The notes below the pieces were generated by a model that searched no databases, was not told the origin of the DNA, and saw only the letters and a list, made by a program, of their open reading frames with translations. From an uncultured Collinsella sp. (GTDB lineage: Bacteria; Actinomycetota; Coriobacteriia; Coriobacteriales; Coriobacteriaceae): a DNA stretch of 64,000 bases. The DNA is taken from the NCBI GenBank assembly GCA_958450865.1, contig CAUDNY010000008.1:56748-120747 (forward strand), in the 5' to 3' direction. Both the position numbers and the translations under genes were made by a program. Every line of letters begins with the position of its first letter. Within the stretch, counting starts at the first letter, position 1. This document shows positions 34,331-42,399 of the stretch, one piece after another.

Positions 34331-35788
34331 ATGGAAGCGGAAAAGAAGGCGTTTAAGATCACCAAGCGCGAAATTGGCTTTGTGCTGGGTATCGTTGTCT
34401 TTTTGCTGGTGAAGTTTCTTCCTTTGGCGGAGCTGAGCTCGACGGTCGAGCTCACGGTCGGCGGTCAGACCTGTCTGGCGTTGACGCTCGCCACGGTGGT
34501 GTTCTGGGCGTGTGGCGTGGCACAGCCGGGCTTTGTGGGTCTGCTCTACTGCGCGCTGCTCGTTCTGTTTCAGGTGTGCGTGGACGACACGGGCGCCGCG
34601 AGTATCTCGGCGACGGTCGCCTCTACGTTTAGCTCGTGGACCAAAGCCACCATGTGGCTCGTCATCGGCGCCTACCTCATCGCCAGCGCGGTCAAGGAGT
34701 CGGGCCTGGGCGAGCGTATCGCCTACGCGTTTATGCTCAAGTTCGTGCGCGATGCCAAGTCGCTCATCATCTCGATCTTCGCGCTCACCTTTGTGCTGTC
34801 GCTGCTGATCCCGCACCCGTTCCCCCGTGCCTTCCTCATCCTCGCCGTCGTCTCGGTCATCGCCGAGTCCGCCGGCTACGGTGACGATGACCACGGCAAG
34901 CTCGGATTCCTCGTGTTTGCCGCTGCCGCCCCGGGTTCCATGTTCTTCCTGACGGGCGACTCCACGCTCAACCCGCTCGTTGCGCAGTACAGCGCCGAGG
35001 TCGGCGGCATGAGCCCGTCTTTCGTCGACTGGTTCCTCTACATGAGCGTGCCCATGCTGGTTGCGCTGCTGTGCACCCTGTTCCTGGGTCTCTTCCTCTT
35101 TAAGCCCAGCAAGGAGCTCGTCTACGATCGCGAGCAGATCGTGGCCAAGCAGGCCGCGCTCGGCAAGCTCTCCGTCAAGGAGATTCGCACCATCGTGTGG
35201 CTTGTCATCGCCATTGCGCTGTGGCTCACCGTCTCGGGCGATTACATCGGCTGGGTCACCCTGGCCATCGGCGTCTCTCTTGCCATGCCCATCATCGGCG
35301 AGGTCCTCACCCCCGCCAGCTGGAACGCTGTCGACATCAAGTCCCTCATGTTCCTGACGGCCGCCATGGCCGTGGGTTCCGTGGGCGGTGCCACCGGCAT
35401 GAACGCCTGGATCGCCGATGTCGTGCTTCCCAGCTCCGTGCCCGAGAACATCTTCCTGTTCGCCCTGCTTGTCGCCGCGCTCTCCATGGTCATCCACATG
35501 TTCATGGGCTCGGTCATGGCCGTGCTCGGCGTGTGCGTGCCGGCGTTCATCAGCTTCGCGGCCGGCTCCAGCGTAAGCCCGCTCGCCGTGGCGCTCATCG
35601 TCTTCACGTCCATCAACATCCACTACATTCTGCCGTTCCACAACCTGCCGATCCTTATCGGCGAGGGCAAGGACGCCGGCGGCTACACCTCCAAAGAGGC
35701 TATGCGCATGGGCATTCCCCTCACTGTGGTCGTCTTTATCGTCGTGCTGGTCGAGGCCGCCTGGTTCCACCTCTTTGGCCTGATGTAA
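34331..35788 (+). CDS. ion-transporter-superfamily anion permease (DASS/ArsB-like), putative aromatic-acid importer
   Basis: ATG after AAAGGTGGGGAG. About 12 TM segments with the two-repeat architecture typical of SLC13/CitMHS-like permeases. The substrate is inferred from context only. Confidence 0.7.
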   Translation: MEAEKKAFKITKREIGFVLGIVVFLLVKFLPLAELSSTVELTVGGQTCLALTLATVVFWACGVAQPGFVGLLYCALLVLFQVCVDDTGAASISATVASTFSSWTKATMWLVIGAYLIASAVKESGLGERIAYAFMLKFVRDAKSLIISIFALTFVLSLLIPHPFPRAFLILAVVSVIAESAGYGDDDHGKLGFLVFAAAAPGSMFFLTGDSTLNPLVAQYSAEVGGMSPSFVDWFLYMSVPMLVALLCTLFLGLFLFKPSKELVYDREQIVAKQAALGKLSVKEIRTIVWLVIAIALWLTVSGDYIGWVTLAIGVSLAMPIIGEVLTPASWNAVDIKSLMFLTAAMAVGSVGGATGMNAWIADVVLPSSVPENIFLFALLVAALSMVIHMFMGSVMAVLGVCVPAFISFAAGSSVSPLAVALIVFTSINIHYILPFHNLPILIGEGKDAGGYTSKEAMRMGIPLTVVVFIVVLVEAAWFHLFGLM

Positions 35789-35931
35789 GCGGTCGAGCGC
35801 TTGGGCTGTAAGCAGCCGAGTGCTCGAACTGCGAGTGGCCGAGCGTCCCATCTATGAGCGCCGCGGCCCCACTACGTTACCCAGCCCGGCGGCATCCTCG
35901 CCGCCGGGCACTCTCCCGAAAGGAGCATGCT

Positions 35932-37419
35932 ATGTCCACTACCGATGCTTCCCAGATCCACGACCTGCGCTCCGCGCTCGACTTTTTGCGCGAGGTGCCG
36001 GGCCAGCTGCTCGAGACCGACACCCAGGTCGATCCCGATGCCGAGGTCTCGGGCGTCTATCGCCACGTCGGTGCCGGCGGCACCGTTATGCGCCCGACCA
36101 AAGAGGGCCCGGCGATGGTCTTCAACAACGTCAAGGGCTTTGACGATGCCAAGGTCTGCATCGGCATGCTTGCCAGCCGCAAGCGCGTTGCCGCTCTGCT
36201 CGACCTGGACGAGGAGCACCTGGGCCTCGAGATCGGCAAGCGCTTCGAGAACCTGATCGCGCCCGAGCAGATCGCCGAGGGTGCGCACGTCGACTGTCAG
36301 GAGGTCGTGTACAAGGCGACCGACGAGGGCTTTGACCTGCGCAAGATCGTTCCCGCTCCCACCAACACGCCCGTCGATGGCGGCCCCTACATCACCATGG
36401 GCCTCGCCTACGGCACGAGCCCCGACGGCTCCCAGTCCGACGTGACCATCCACCGCTTCTCCTGCGTCGACAAGGATAAGCTTGCCATGTGGATTACCCC
36501 CGGCAGCCGTCACCTGGGCGCGTTCTTTGACGAGTACTGCCAGCGCGGCGAGGACATGCCCATCTCCATCTCCATCGGTTTGGACCCCGCCGTGTACATG
36601 TGCTGCGGTTTTGAGGCTCCCACCACACCGCTCGGCTTCAACGAGCTGCAAATTGCCGGCGCCCTGCGCGGCCACGCTGTCGAGCTTGCCGACTGCGTCA
36701 CCGTTCCGCAGAAGTGCATCGCCAATGCCGAGTACGTGCTCGAGGGCTACCTCATGCACGACGAGACCATCAACGAGGACGTCAACGGCCACGGCTACGC
36801 CATGCCCGAGTTCCCCGGCTACACCGGCGGCGCCAAGGTCTGCCCGGTGATCAAGATCACCGCCGTCACCACGCGTGTCAACCCCATTATGGAGAGCTGC
36901 ATCGGCCCTTCGCACGAGCACGTGTCCATGGCCGGTATCCCCACCGAGGCTTCCATCTACAAGATGGTCGAGACCGCTATCCCGGGCCGCCTGCTCAACG
37001 TCCACGCTGCTCCCTGCGGCGGCGGCAAGTTCGTTGCCATCATGCAGTTCAAGAAGTCGAGCAAAAATGACGAGGGCCGTCAGCGCAACGCCGCCATGCT
37101 CGCCTTCTCGGCATTCTCCGAGCTCAAGCATGTGATTCTGGTTGACGAAGACGTCGACATCTTCGACATGAGCGACGTGATGTGGGCCATGACCACGCGC
37201 TTCCAGGCCGACGTGGACCTCATCACCATCCCCGGCTGCCACTGCCACGTGCTCGACCCGTCCAACGATCCCGCGTTCGACCCCACGATCCGCGAGCATG
37301 GCATCGCCTGCAAGGCCATCTTCGACTGCACGGTTCCGTTCAACCTCAAGAAGAACTTCATCCGCTCGCAGTTCATGGAGATCGACAAGGACAAGTGGGC
37401 CAAGGAGATTGCTTTCTAG
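35932..37419 (+). CDS. UbiD-family prFMN-dependent decarboxylase, AroY/LpdC (protocatechuate/gallate decarboxylase) type
   Basis: AGGAG lies 6 nt before the ATG. DLRSALDFLREVPGQLLETDTQVDPDAEVSGVYRHVGAGGTVMRPTKEGPAMVFNNVKGF parallels the Klebsiella AroY / L. plantarum LpdC N-terminus. Confidence 0.85.
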   Translation: MSTTDASQIHDLRSALDFLREVPGQLLETDTQVDPDAEVSGVYRHVGAGGTVMRPTKEGPAMVFNNVKGFDDAKVCIGMLASRKRVAALLDLDEEHLGLEIGKRFENLIAPEQIAEGAHVDCQEVVYKATDEGFDLRKIVPAPTNTPVDGGPYITMGLAYGTSPDGSQSDVTIHRFSCVDKDKLAMWITPGSRHLGAFFDEYCQRGEDMPISISIGLDPAVYMCCGFEAPTTPLGFNELQIAGALRGHAVELADCVTVPQKCIANAEYVLEGYLMHDETINEDVNGHGYAMPEFPGYTGGAKVCPVIKITAVTTRVNPIMESCIGPSHEHVSMAGIPTEASIYKMVETAIPGRLLNVHAAPCGGGKFVAIMQFKKSSKNDEGRQRNAAMLAFSAFSELKHVILVDEDVDIFDMSDVMWAMTTRFQADVDLITIPGCHCHVLDPSNDPAFDPTIREHGIACKAIFDCTVPFNLKKNFIRSQFMEIDKDKWAKEIAF

Positions 37420-37452
37420 TAAGTAGCCCTACCAAGTAGTCAAGGAGTTGTC

Positions 37453-38031
37453 ATGCCTGAGTCTTCTGGCCGTCCCCGTCGCATCGTCGTTGGCGTGTCT
37501 GGCGCTAGCGGTGCCGCGCTGGGTCTTGAGTGCCTCAAATGCCTGCGTCAGGCCGGTGCCGAGTCGGCGCTTGTCGTCACACGTGGGGGAGAGATCACCA
37601 TCGAGCAGGAGCTCGGCATGACGCTCGACGAGTTTGCCGCGCATGCCGATGTGGTCTACGACAACAAGAACATCGGCGCCGCCATCGCAAGCGGCACCTA
37701 TCCGGTCGACGGCATGATCGTGGCCCCGTGCTCCATGAAGACGCTCGCCGGCATCGCAAGCGGCTACAGCGAAAACCTGCTGCTGCGTGCGGCCGACGTG
37801 CAGATGAAAGAGCAGCGCCGCCTGGTGCTCATGGTGCGCGAGACGCCCTTCAGCGCCATTCACATCGACAACATGGCGCGCCTGGCGCGCGTGCCGGGCG
37901 TCATGCTCATGCCGCCCATGCTCACGTTTTACAACGGCCCCGCCACGCTCGATGACGCGGTGCATCACATTGCCGCCAAGGCGCTCGAGGCCGTCGGCGT
38001 GTCATGTGCAAACTATAAGCGCTGGTCATAG
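37453..38031 (+). CDS. ubiX: flavin prenyltransferase UbiX (LpdB/KpdB equivalent)
   Basis: RIVVGVSGASGAALG..., VAPCSMKTLAGIASGYSENLLLRAADVQMKEQRRLVLMVRETP. Typical 192 aa. Confidence 0.9.
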   Translation: MPESSGRPRRIVVGVSGASGAALGLECLKCLRQAGAESALVVTRGGEITIEQELGMTLDEFAAHADVVYDNKNIGAAIASGTYPVDGMIVAPCSMKTLAGIASGYSENLLLRAADVQMKEQRRLVLMVRETPFSAIHIDNMARLARVPGVMLMPPMLTFYNGPATLDDAVHHIAAKALEAVGVSCANYKRWS

Positions 38032-38063
38032 GCGTCTTTAGGGTAGGATACGAGGAGTGTTTG

Positions 38064-38093
38064 AGCCCGCTGCCCCTGTGGGCGGCGGGCTTT
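38064..38093 (+). terminator. hairpin after ubiX
   Basis: agcccgctgccc - ctgt - gggcggcgggct (12 bp, one G-U pair) then TTTGG. Supports the merR start at 38112 rather than 38061. Confidence 0.5.
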
Positions 38094-38111
38094 GGTGTGT
38101 CGGGAGGATCT

Positions 38112-38981
38112 ATGCAGATGGGCATGTATGCGATTAGCGAGATGGCGAGCTTGTTTAACGTTTCGCGCCAAACGCTCATCTACTACGACAAGATCGGCCT
38201 GTTTAAGCCCGCCGTGGTTAACGAAAAAGGCTACCGTTTCTATTCGCCCACGCAGATCCCGCTCATGCGTCTGATCTGCATGCTGCGCGACCTGGGGCTC
38301 GAACTCGACGAGATCGACCGTCTGACCTCGACGTTCGACATTGGCGAGATGACCGATCACCTGCGCTCACGGGTGCAGGCGCTCGACGAGCAGATTGCCG
38401 GGCTCAAAGCCGAGCGTGCGAGCGTGCAGGAGCGTCTGAGCTTTTACGACGAGGCAGTTTACTGGCGCGAGCGGGAGGGCAAGCCGGAGCTCAAGCAGTT
38501 TGAGCGTCGCTACGTGGTCTTTGAGGAGTTTCCGGGCGATATCGAGCGTGGCCGCTCGATGCTGCACCCCACGCTCATGCGGGCGATTCTGCGCATGCGT
38601 ACGCTGACGGGCACGCGTCCCATGCGCGGCTGGGGCGCCATGCTGCGTCGCGAGGCGCTGCATTCCGACGACCCCATCGCCGGCGCCGGCTCCTTTGCCG
38701 TGCTGCCGCGCGGTGCCGAGGAGTTGCTGCCGAGCGACGCTGCCGAGCTGGCAGAGATCGGCATCGAAGTGCTGCCCGAGGGCACATACCTGTGCATGAG
38801 CCGCTGGGGCATGCCGTACGAGCCCGAAGGCATCCGCGCCATCGTGGCCTGCATGGACGAGCACGCGCTCCAGCCCGTTGGCAACGCCTTCGACTTTTGC
38901 TACCTCGATACCACGAGCTACGACGAGTCCCACCAAGAGGACTTCTGCTGCATCCAAATCCCCGTCGCCCTCCAGATGTGA
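38112..38981 (+). CDS. MerR-family regulator with C-terminal GyrI-like effector-binding domain
   Basis: GGAGG before the ATG. HTH YAISEMASLFNVSRQTLIYYDKIGLFKP...GYRFYSPTQIPLMRLICMLRDLGLELDEI, a coiled coil, then an effector domain of about 170 aa. Confidence 0.8.
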   Translation: MQMGMYAISEMASLFNVSRQTLIYYDKIGLFKPAVVNEKGYRFYSPTQIPLMRLICMLRDLGLELDEIDRLTSTFDIGEMTDHLRSRVQALDEQIAGLKAERASVQERLSFYDEAVYWREREGKPELKQFERRYVVFEEFPGDIERGRSMLHPTLMRAILRMRTLTGTRPMRGWGAMLRREALHSDDPIAGAGSFAVLPRGAEELLPSDAAELAEIGIEVLPEGTYLCMSRWGMPYEPEGIRAIVACMDEHALQPVGNAFDFCYLDTTSYDESHQEDFCCIQIPVALQM

Positions 38982-39006
38982 CAAAGGGACAGTCCCTTTG
39001 TCACAT
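38976..39006. repeat. GACAAAGGGAC palindrome, copy 4 (consensus; supplies the merR ATG-TGA end)
   Basis: atgtgacaaagggacagtccctttgtcacat; 13-bp perfect arms. Confidence 0.9.
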
Positions 39007-39018
39007 CCACGCCCATTT

Positions 39019-39098
39019 CTTAGAAACTTGCAAAAACTGCAAGTTTCTAAGGTAACATCTTATAAACTTGCAAATAATGCAAGTTTATAAGATGTTAC
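39019..39098. repeat. two abutting perfect AT-rich palindromes sharing the core AAACTTGCA-N5-TGCAAGTTT
   Basis: P1 is cttagaaacttgca-aaaac-tgcaagtttctaag (39019-39051). P2 is gtaacatcttataaacttgca-aataa-tgcaagtttataagatgttac (39052-39098). Confidence 0.9.
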
Positions 39099-39124
39099 GT
39101 CTGGCCGGGCGCTAGGGAGACTCT

Positions 39125-40441
39125 ATGAACATCGTTCGCCGAAGCCGCTATCTTGATCGACTCATTGCTTTTCAGGATACCGACCTCATCAAAATCGTGA
39201 CGGGTATACGCCGTTGCGGCAAATCCACGTTATTGGACATGATGAGGGAGCACCTGGCGCAACAGGGGGTGCCGGCCGAGCGTTTGCTGACCTTTAAGAT
39301 GGAATCTCTAGAGTATGCGGGGATTACAGATTACCTGACGTTTTATCGCATGGTTCGGGAGCGCGTTGACGGTGTCGATCGTCCCTATCTGTTCTTTGAC
39401 GAGCTCCAGAATGTCGAGGGCTGGGAAAAGGCGGTTAACTCGCTCCGAATCGATTTGCCGTGCGATATCTATGTCACGGGCTCCAATGCCTTTTTGCTAT
39501 CGAGCGAGCTTGCAACGCTTATCTCGGGCCGGTATATCGAGGTCAAGATGCAGCCGCTCACGTTTGGCGAGTATCTTGATTTTCGCTCGATTGATGCGGT
39601 CGTTGCCGAAGGGCTTGGCGAGAGGGCCGAGCTCGTTTCCAAGACGGGCGATCGCCTTAATTCAAACACCGTGCTCGAGCAGTACATAACCTATGGCGGC
39701 ATGCCGTTTCTGGCTCATGACGAGCCGAGACGCGAACCGTGCCTCGACTACATCCGCAGCCTCTATCAGACGATTGTCGCGCGCGATATCCTATTGCGCG
39801 CGACGCGTAGAGGTCGCGGAGCTATCACCAAGCGCGACGTTCTCGAGCGGCTCTGTGCGTATCTGGCAGACAACATCTCCAATCAAACTTCGGTCAACAA
39901 AATCGTAGGGACGCTCAACGAATCATCGGGCGGTAAGACCAACGCATCGACGGTGTCGGCGTATATTGACGCTCTGGAAGAGACGTACCTGTTTACCAAG
40001 GTAAAAAGGTATGACGTCAAGGGGCGGGAGCTTCTCAAGACAGGCGGTAAATATTACATAGCCGATACGGGAATCCGCAGCTATCTTGACGGATATAGAG
40101 GCAGCGATAGCGGAAGGATGCTCGAGAACGTTATCTACAACCAGCTTGTCTTTGAAGGATACGAAGTGTTTTGCGGCCATCTGCGCGCGGGGGAAATCGA
40201 CTTTGTCGCAATCGGCGAGGGATCGGACCGTAAATATATCCAGGTTACCGAACGGATCGATGCTGAGGCGACCAGAGAGCGTGAGCTGCGACCGCTCAAA
40301 CTAAACACGCTGGGAAAAATCCCTGATTCGTACGAGAAGATCCTGATTGTCAGGGATGGTGAGCATCCAACAGACATCGACGGCATCAGAATCGTAGGGG
40401 CGGCCGATTTCTTGCTGAGAAACAAGATCGCCCACGGCTAA
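39125..40441 (+). CDS. AAA-family ATPase with DUF4143 C-terminal domain (AAA_14/DUF4143 architecture)
   Basis: Walker A GIRRCGKST and Walker B LFFDELQ. The layout ITGSNAFLLSSELATLISGRY...PLTFGEY is typical of this family. Visibly lower GC than its neighbours. Confidence 0.8.
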   Translation: MNIVRRSRYLDRLIAFQDTDLIKIVTGIRRCGKSTLLDMMREHLAQQGVPAERLLTFKMESLEYAGITDYLTFYRMVRERVDGVDRPYLFFDELQNVEGWEKAVNSLRIDLPCDIYVTGSNAFLLSSELATLISGRYIEVKMQPLTFGEYLDFRSIDAVVAEGLGERAELVSKTGDRLNSNTVLEQYITYGGMPFLAHDEPRREPCLDYIRSLYQTIVARDILLRATRRGRGAITKRDVLERLCAYLADNISNQTSVNKIVGTLNESSGGKTNASTVSAYIDALEETYLFTKVKRYDVKGRELLKTGGKYYIADTGIRSYLDGYRGSDSGRMLENVIYNQLVFEGYEVFCGHLRAGEIDFVAIGEGSDRKYIQVTERIDAEATRERELRPLKLNTLGKIPDSYEKILIVRDGEHPTDIDGIRIVGAADFLLRNKIAHG

Positions 40442-40447
40442 ACGCAA

Positions 40448-40480
40448 AATGTGACAAAGGGACAGCCCCTTTGTCACATT
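40448..40480. repeat. GACAAAGGGAC palindrome, copy 5
   Basis: aatgtgacaaagggacagcccctttgtcacatt. Confidence 0.9.
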
Positions 40481-40555
40481 CCATGCGAGCTCCCGTGTCA
40501 TCTGGGGGTATAAGGCTAGCAAGTGTTTATTTGCGAGGCCAAGGGGGCGCCCCGT

Positions 40556-41425
40556 ATGGATATCGATAACTATGAGTGGTGGTATAGCGAGGGCGAGGCT
40601 CCGGATGAGGGGTGGGACGAGCCCGCGCCGCGTGACGTGTCGAGCGACAAGGCTGAGACCGGCAATGATGCTGCCGCCGACTCGGATGCCGCCCTCGACC
40701 CCGTCGAGCCCCTGACCTTTGAACAAGCCTGGGCCCAGGCCGAGGCAGACGAGGCCAAGGCCGACGCTACGGCCACGCTCGGCGAGCCGGCCGACATGTC
40801 AATCTCGCCGGCAAAGACCCCGCAGCCGCGTCACACTATCGACCCCGACAGCACGGCATCCTTCAGCATTCTCGACGTGCCCTCGCAGGGCGCTCAGGCG
40901 CCCGCACCCACACGTCGCCCCAATCTGTCTCGCGAGGAAGATGCAGGACGTCGCTCGCCGCTCGGCCCCATCCTTATCGCCTTCATGGCCGGCGTTATCG
41001 CATGCTCGGTAATTGGAAACGTCTGGAGCCATGTTGAACAACAGCGAAAAGACGCCGCCAAGGTCGAGATGTCCGTCGAGCAATCGCTCAGCCGCACGCG
41101 CTCGGTGCATGTGTCGGTCGAGGTTAAGGATGGCGCGGCGTGGGATACCACGCGCGGCGACAGCCAAATGCTCGTCCATATCGTGGGCCGCACACTCAAG
41201 GGACAAGCAATCGACGAGTATCAATACGTCAATTCCGAAGGTGACGGCATCGAGCTCAAACCCGGCGACTACGAGCTCACGGTCGATGAGCCGCCCGTCG
41301 CCACCGACGGCACGCGTTACCGCGCCTCAAAGCGCATGGTTCCGGTGAGTTTTAATTCACAGGCTCCCGACACGGTCGATAGCACGCCGCAGGGCGGGTT
41401 TGACCTTTACGCTATTGCTCAATAA
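40556..41425 (+). CDS. hypothetical single-pass membrane protein (acidic disordered N-terminus, one TM, extracytoplasmic beta-rich domain)
   Basis: TM helix LGPILIAFMAGVIACSVIGNVW. High-GC codon usage consistent with neighbours. No family recognised. Confidence 0.55.
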   Translation: MDIDNYEWWYSEGEAPDEGWDEPAPRDVSSDKAETGNDAAADSDAALDPVEPLTFEQAWAQAEADEAKADATATLGEPADMSISPAKTPQPRHTIDPDSTASFSILDVPSQGAQAPAPTRRPNLSREEDAGRRSPLGPILIAFMAGVIACSVIGNVWSHVEQQRKDAAKVEMSVEQSLSRTRSVHVSVEVKDGAAWDTTRGDSQMLVHIVGRTLKGQAIDEYQYVNSEGDGIELKPGDYELTVDEPPVATDGTRYRASKRMVPVSFNSQAPDTVDSTPQGGFDLYAIAQ

Positions 41426-41504
41426 CTGCGCCTGCCGATCAACCCCGCCGCCAAGAGTGGGACAATAGCCCTTGGCACCGTTGTTTACCATTGGAGGAAG
41501 TAGC

Positions 41505-42398
41505 ATGTCCACCGTCACTACCATCAAGCGCGGCGGCCTCACCGCGGCCATCGATTCCATGGGCGCCCAGCTCACGAGCCTTGCCCTTAACGGCAACGAG
41601 TATCTGTGGCAGGGCGACCCGGCCTTTTGGGGCAAGCACGCGCCCATCCTGTTCCCCATCGTGGGATCGCTGCGCAACAACACGGCGACGTCTGCGGCCG
41701 GCACCTGCGAGATGGCTCGCCACGGCATCGCGCGTATCGTGGAGCACAAGATCGTCGAGGTGTCGGAGGACGGCTCCTCGGTAACGTACGAGATCACCGA
41801 CACGCCCGAGTCGCTCAAGGCGTTCCCGTTCCACTTTAAGCTCAACATGACCTATGCCCTGACTGGTGACGCCACGCTTACCCAGACCTTTGCCGTCACC
41901 AATACCGGCGACGTGGACCTGCCGTTCTCGGTGGGCGGCCACCCCGCATTTAACGTGCCCGCCCCCGGTGCCGAGGACGAGGCGTTCGAGGATTACGAGC
42001 TGGCGTTTACCGAGGCTTGGACCAACGAGGCCCCCATCATCACGCCCGATGGCCTTATGACGTTCGAGGGTAGCTACAAGGCTCCCGATAACTCGGACGT
42101 GCTGCCCATCACGCACCGCAGCTTCGATAACGACGCCATCATGTTCACCGATACCCCGGGCTCCACGCTCACGCTGCGCGGTCGCAAGTCGGGCCACGGC
42201 GTCAAGATCGACTTTGAGGGCTTTAAGTACATCGGCGTGTGGTCTGCCGCCAACGACGCCCCGTTTGTGGCGCTCGAGCCCTGGACTGGTCACACCACCA
42301 TGGACACCGAGGACGACGTCTTTGAGCACAAGGTCAACACCATTACGCTGGCGCCGGGCGCTACCGACACCCGTTCCTTTAGCGTCACCCTGCTCTAG
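41505..42398 (+). CDS. aldose 1-epimerase-family protein (YihR/LacX-like)
   Basis: GGAGG before the ATG. GAQLTSLALNGNEYLWQGDPAFWGKHAPILFPIVG and GGHPAFN motifs. Confidence 0.8.
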   Translation: MSTVTTIKRGGLTAAIDSMGAQLTSLALNGNEYLWQGDPAFWGKHAPILFPIVGSLRNNTATSAAGTCEMARHGIARIVEHKIVEVSEDGSSVTYEITDTPESLKAFPFHFKLNMTYALTGDATLTQTFAVTNTGDVDLPFSVGGHPAFNVPAPGAEDEAFEDYELAFTEAWTNEAPIITPDGLMTFEGSYKAPDNSDVLPITHRSFDNDAIMFTDTPGSTLTLRGRKSGHGVKIDFEGFKYIGVWSAANDAPFVALEPWTGHTTMDTEDDVFEHKVNTITLAPGATDTRSFSVTLL

Positions 42399-42399
42399 A

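Noticed and set aside
34199-35851. 550-aa minus-strand ORF opposite the anion permease
   Set aside because: Shadow ORF. Its composition is dominated by Asp/Gly/His/Arg/Glu runs and it has no RBS. The plus-strand frame encodes a coherent polytopic membrane protein.
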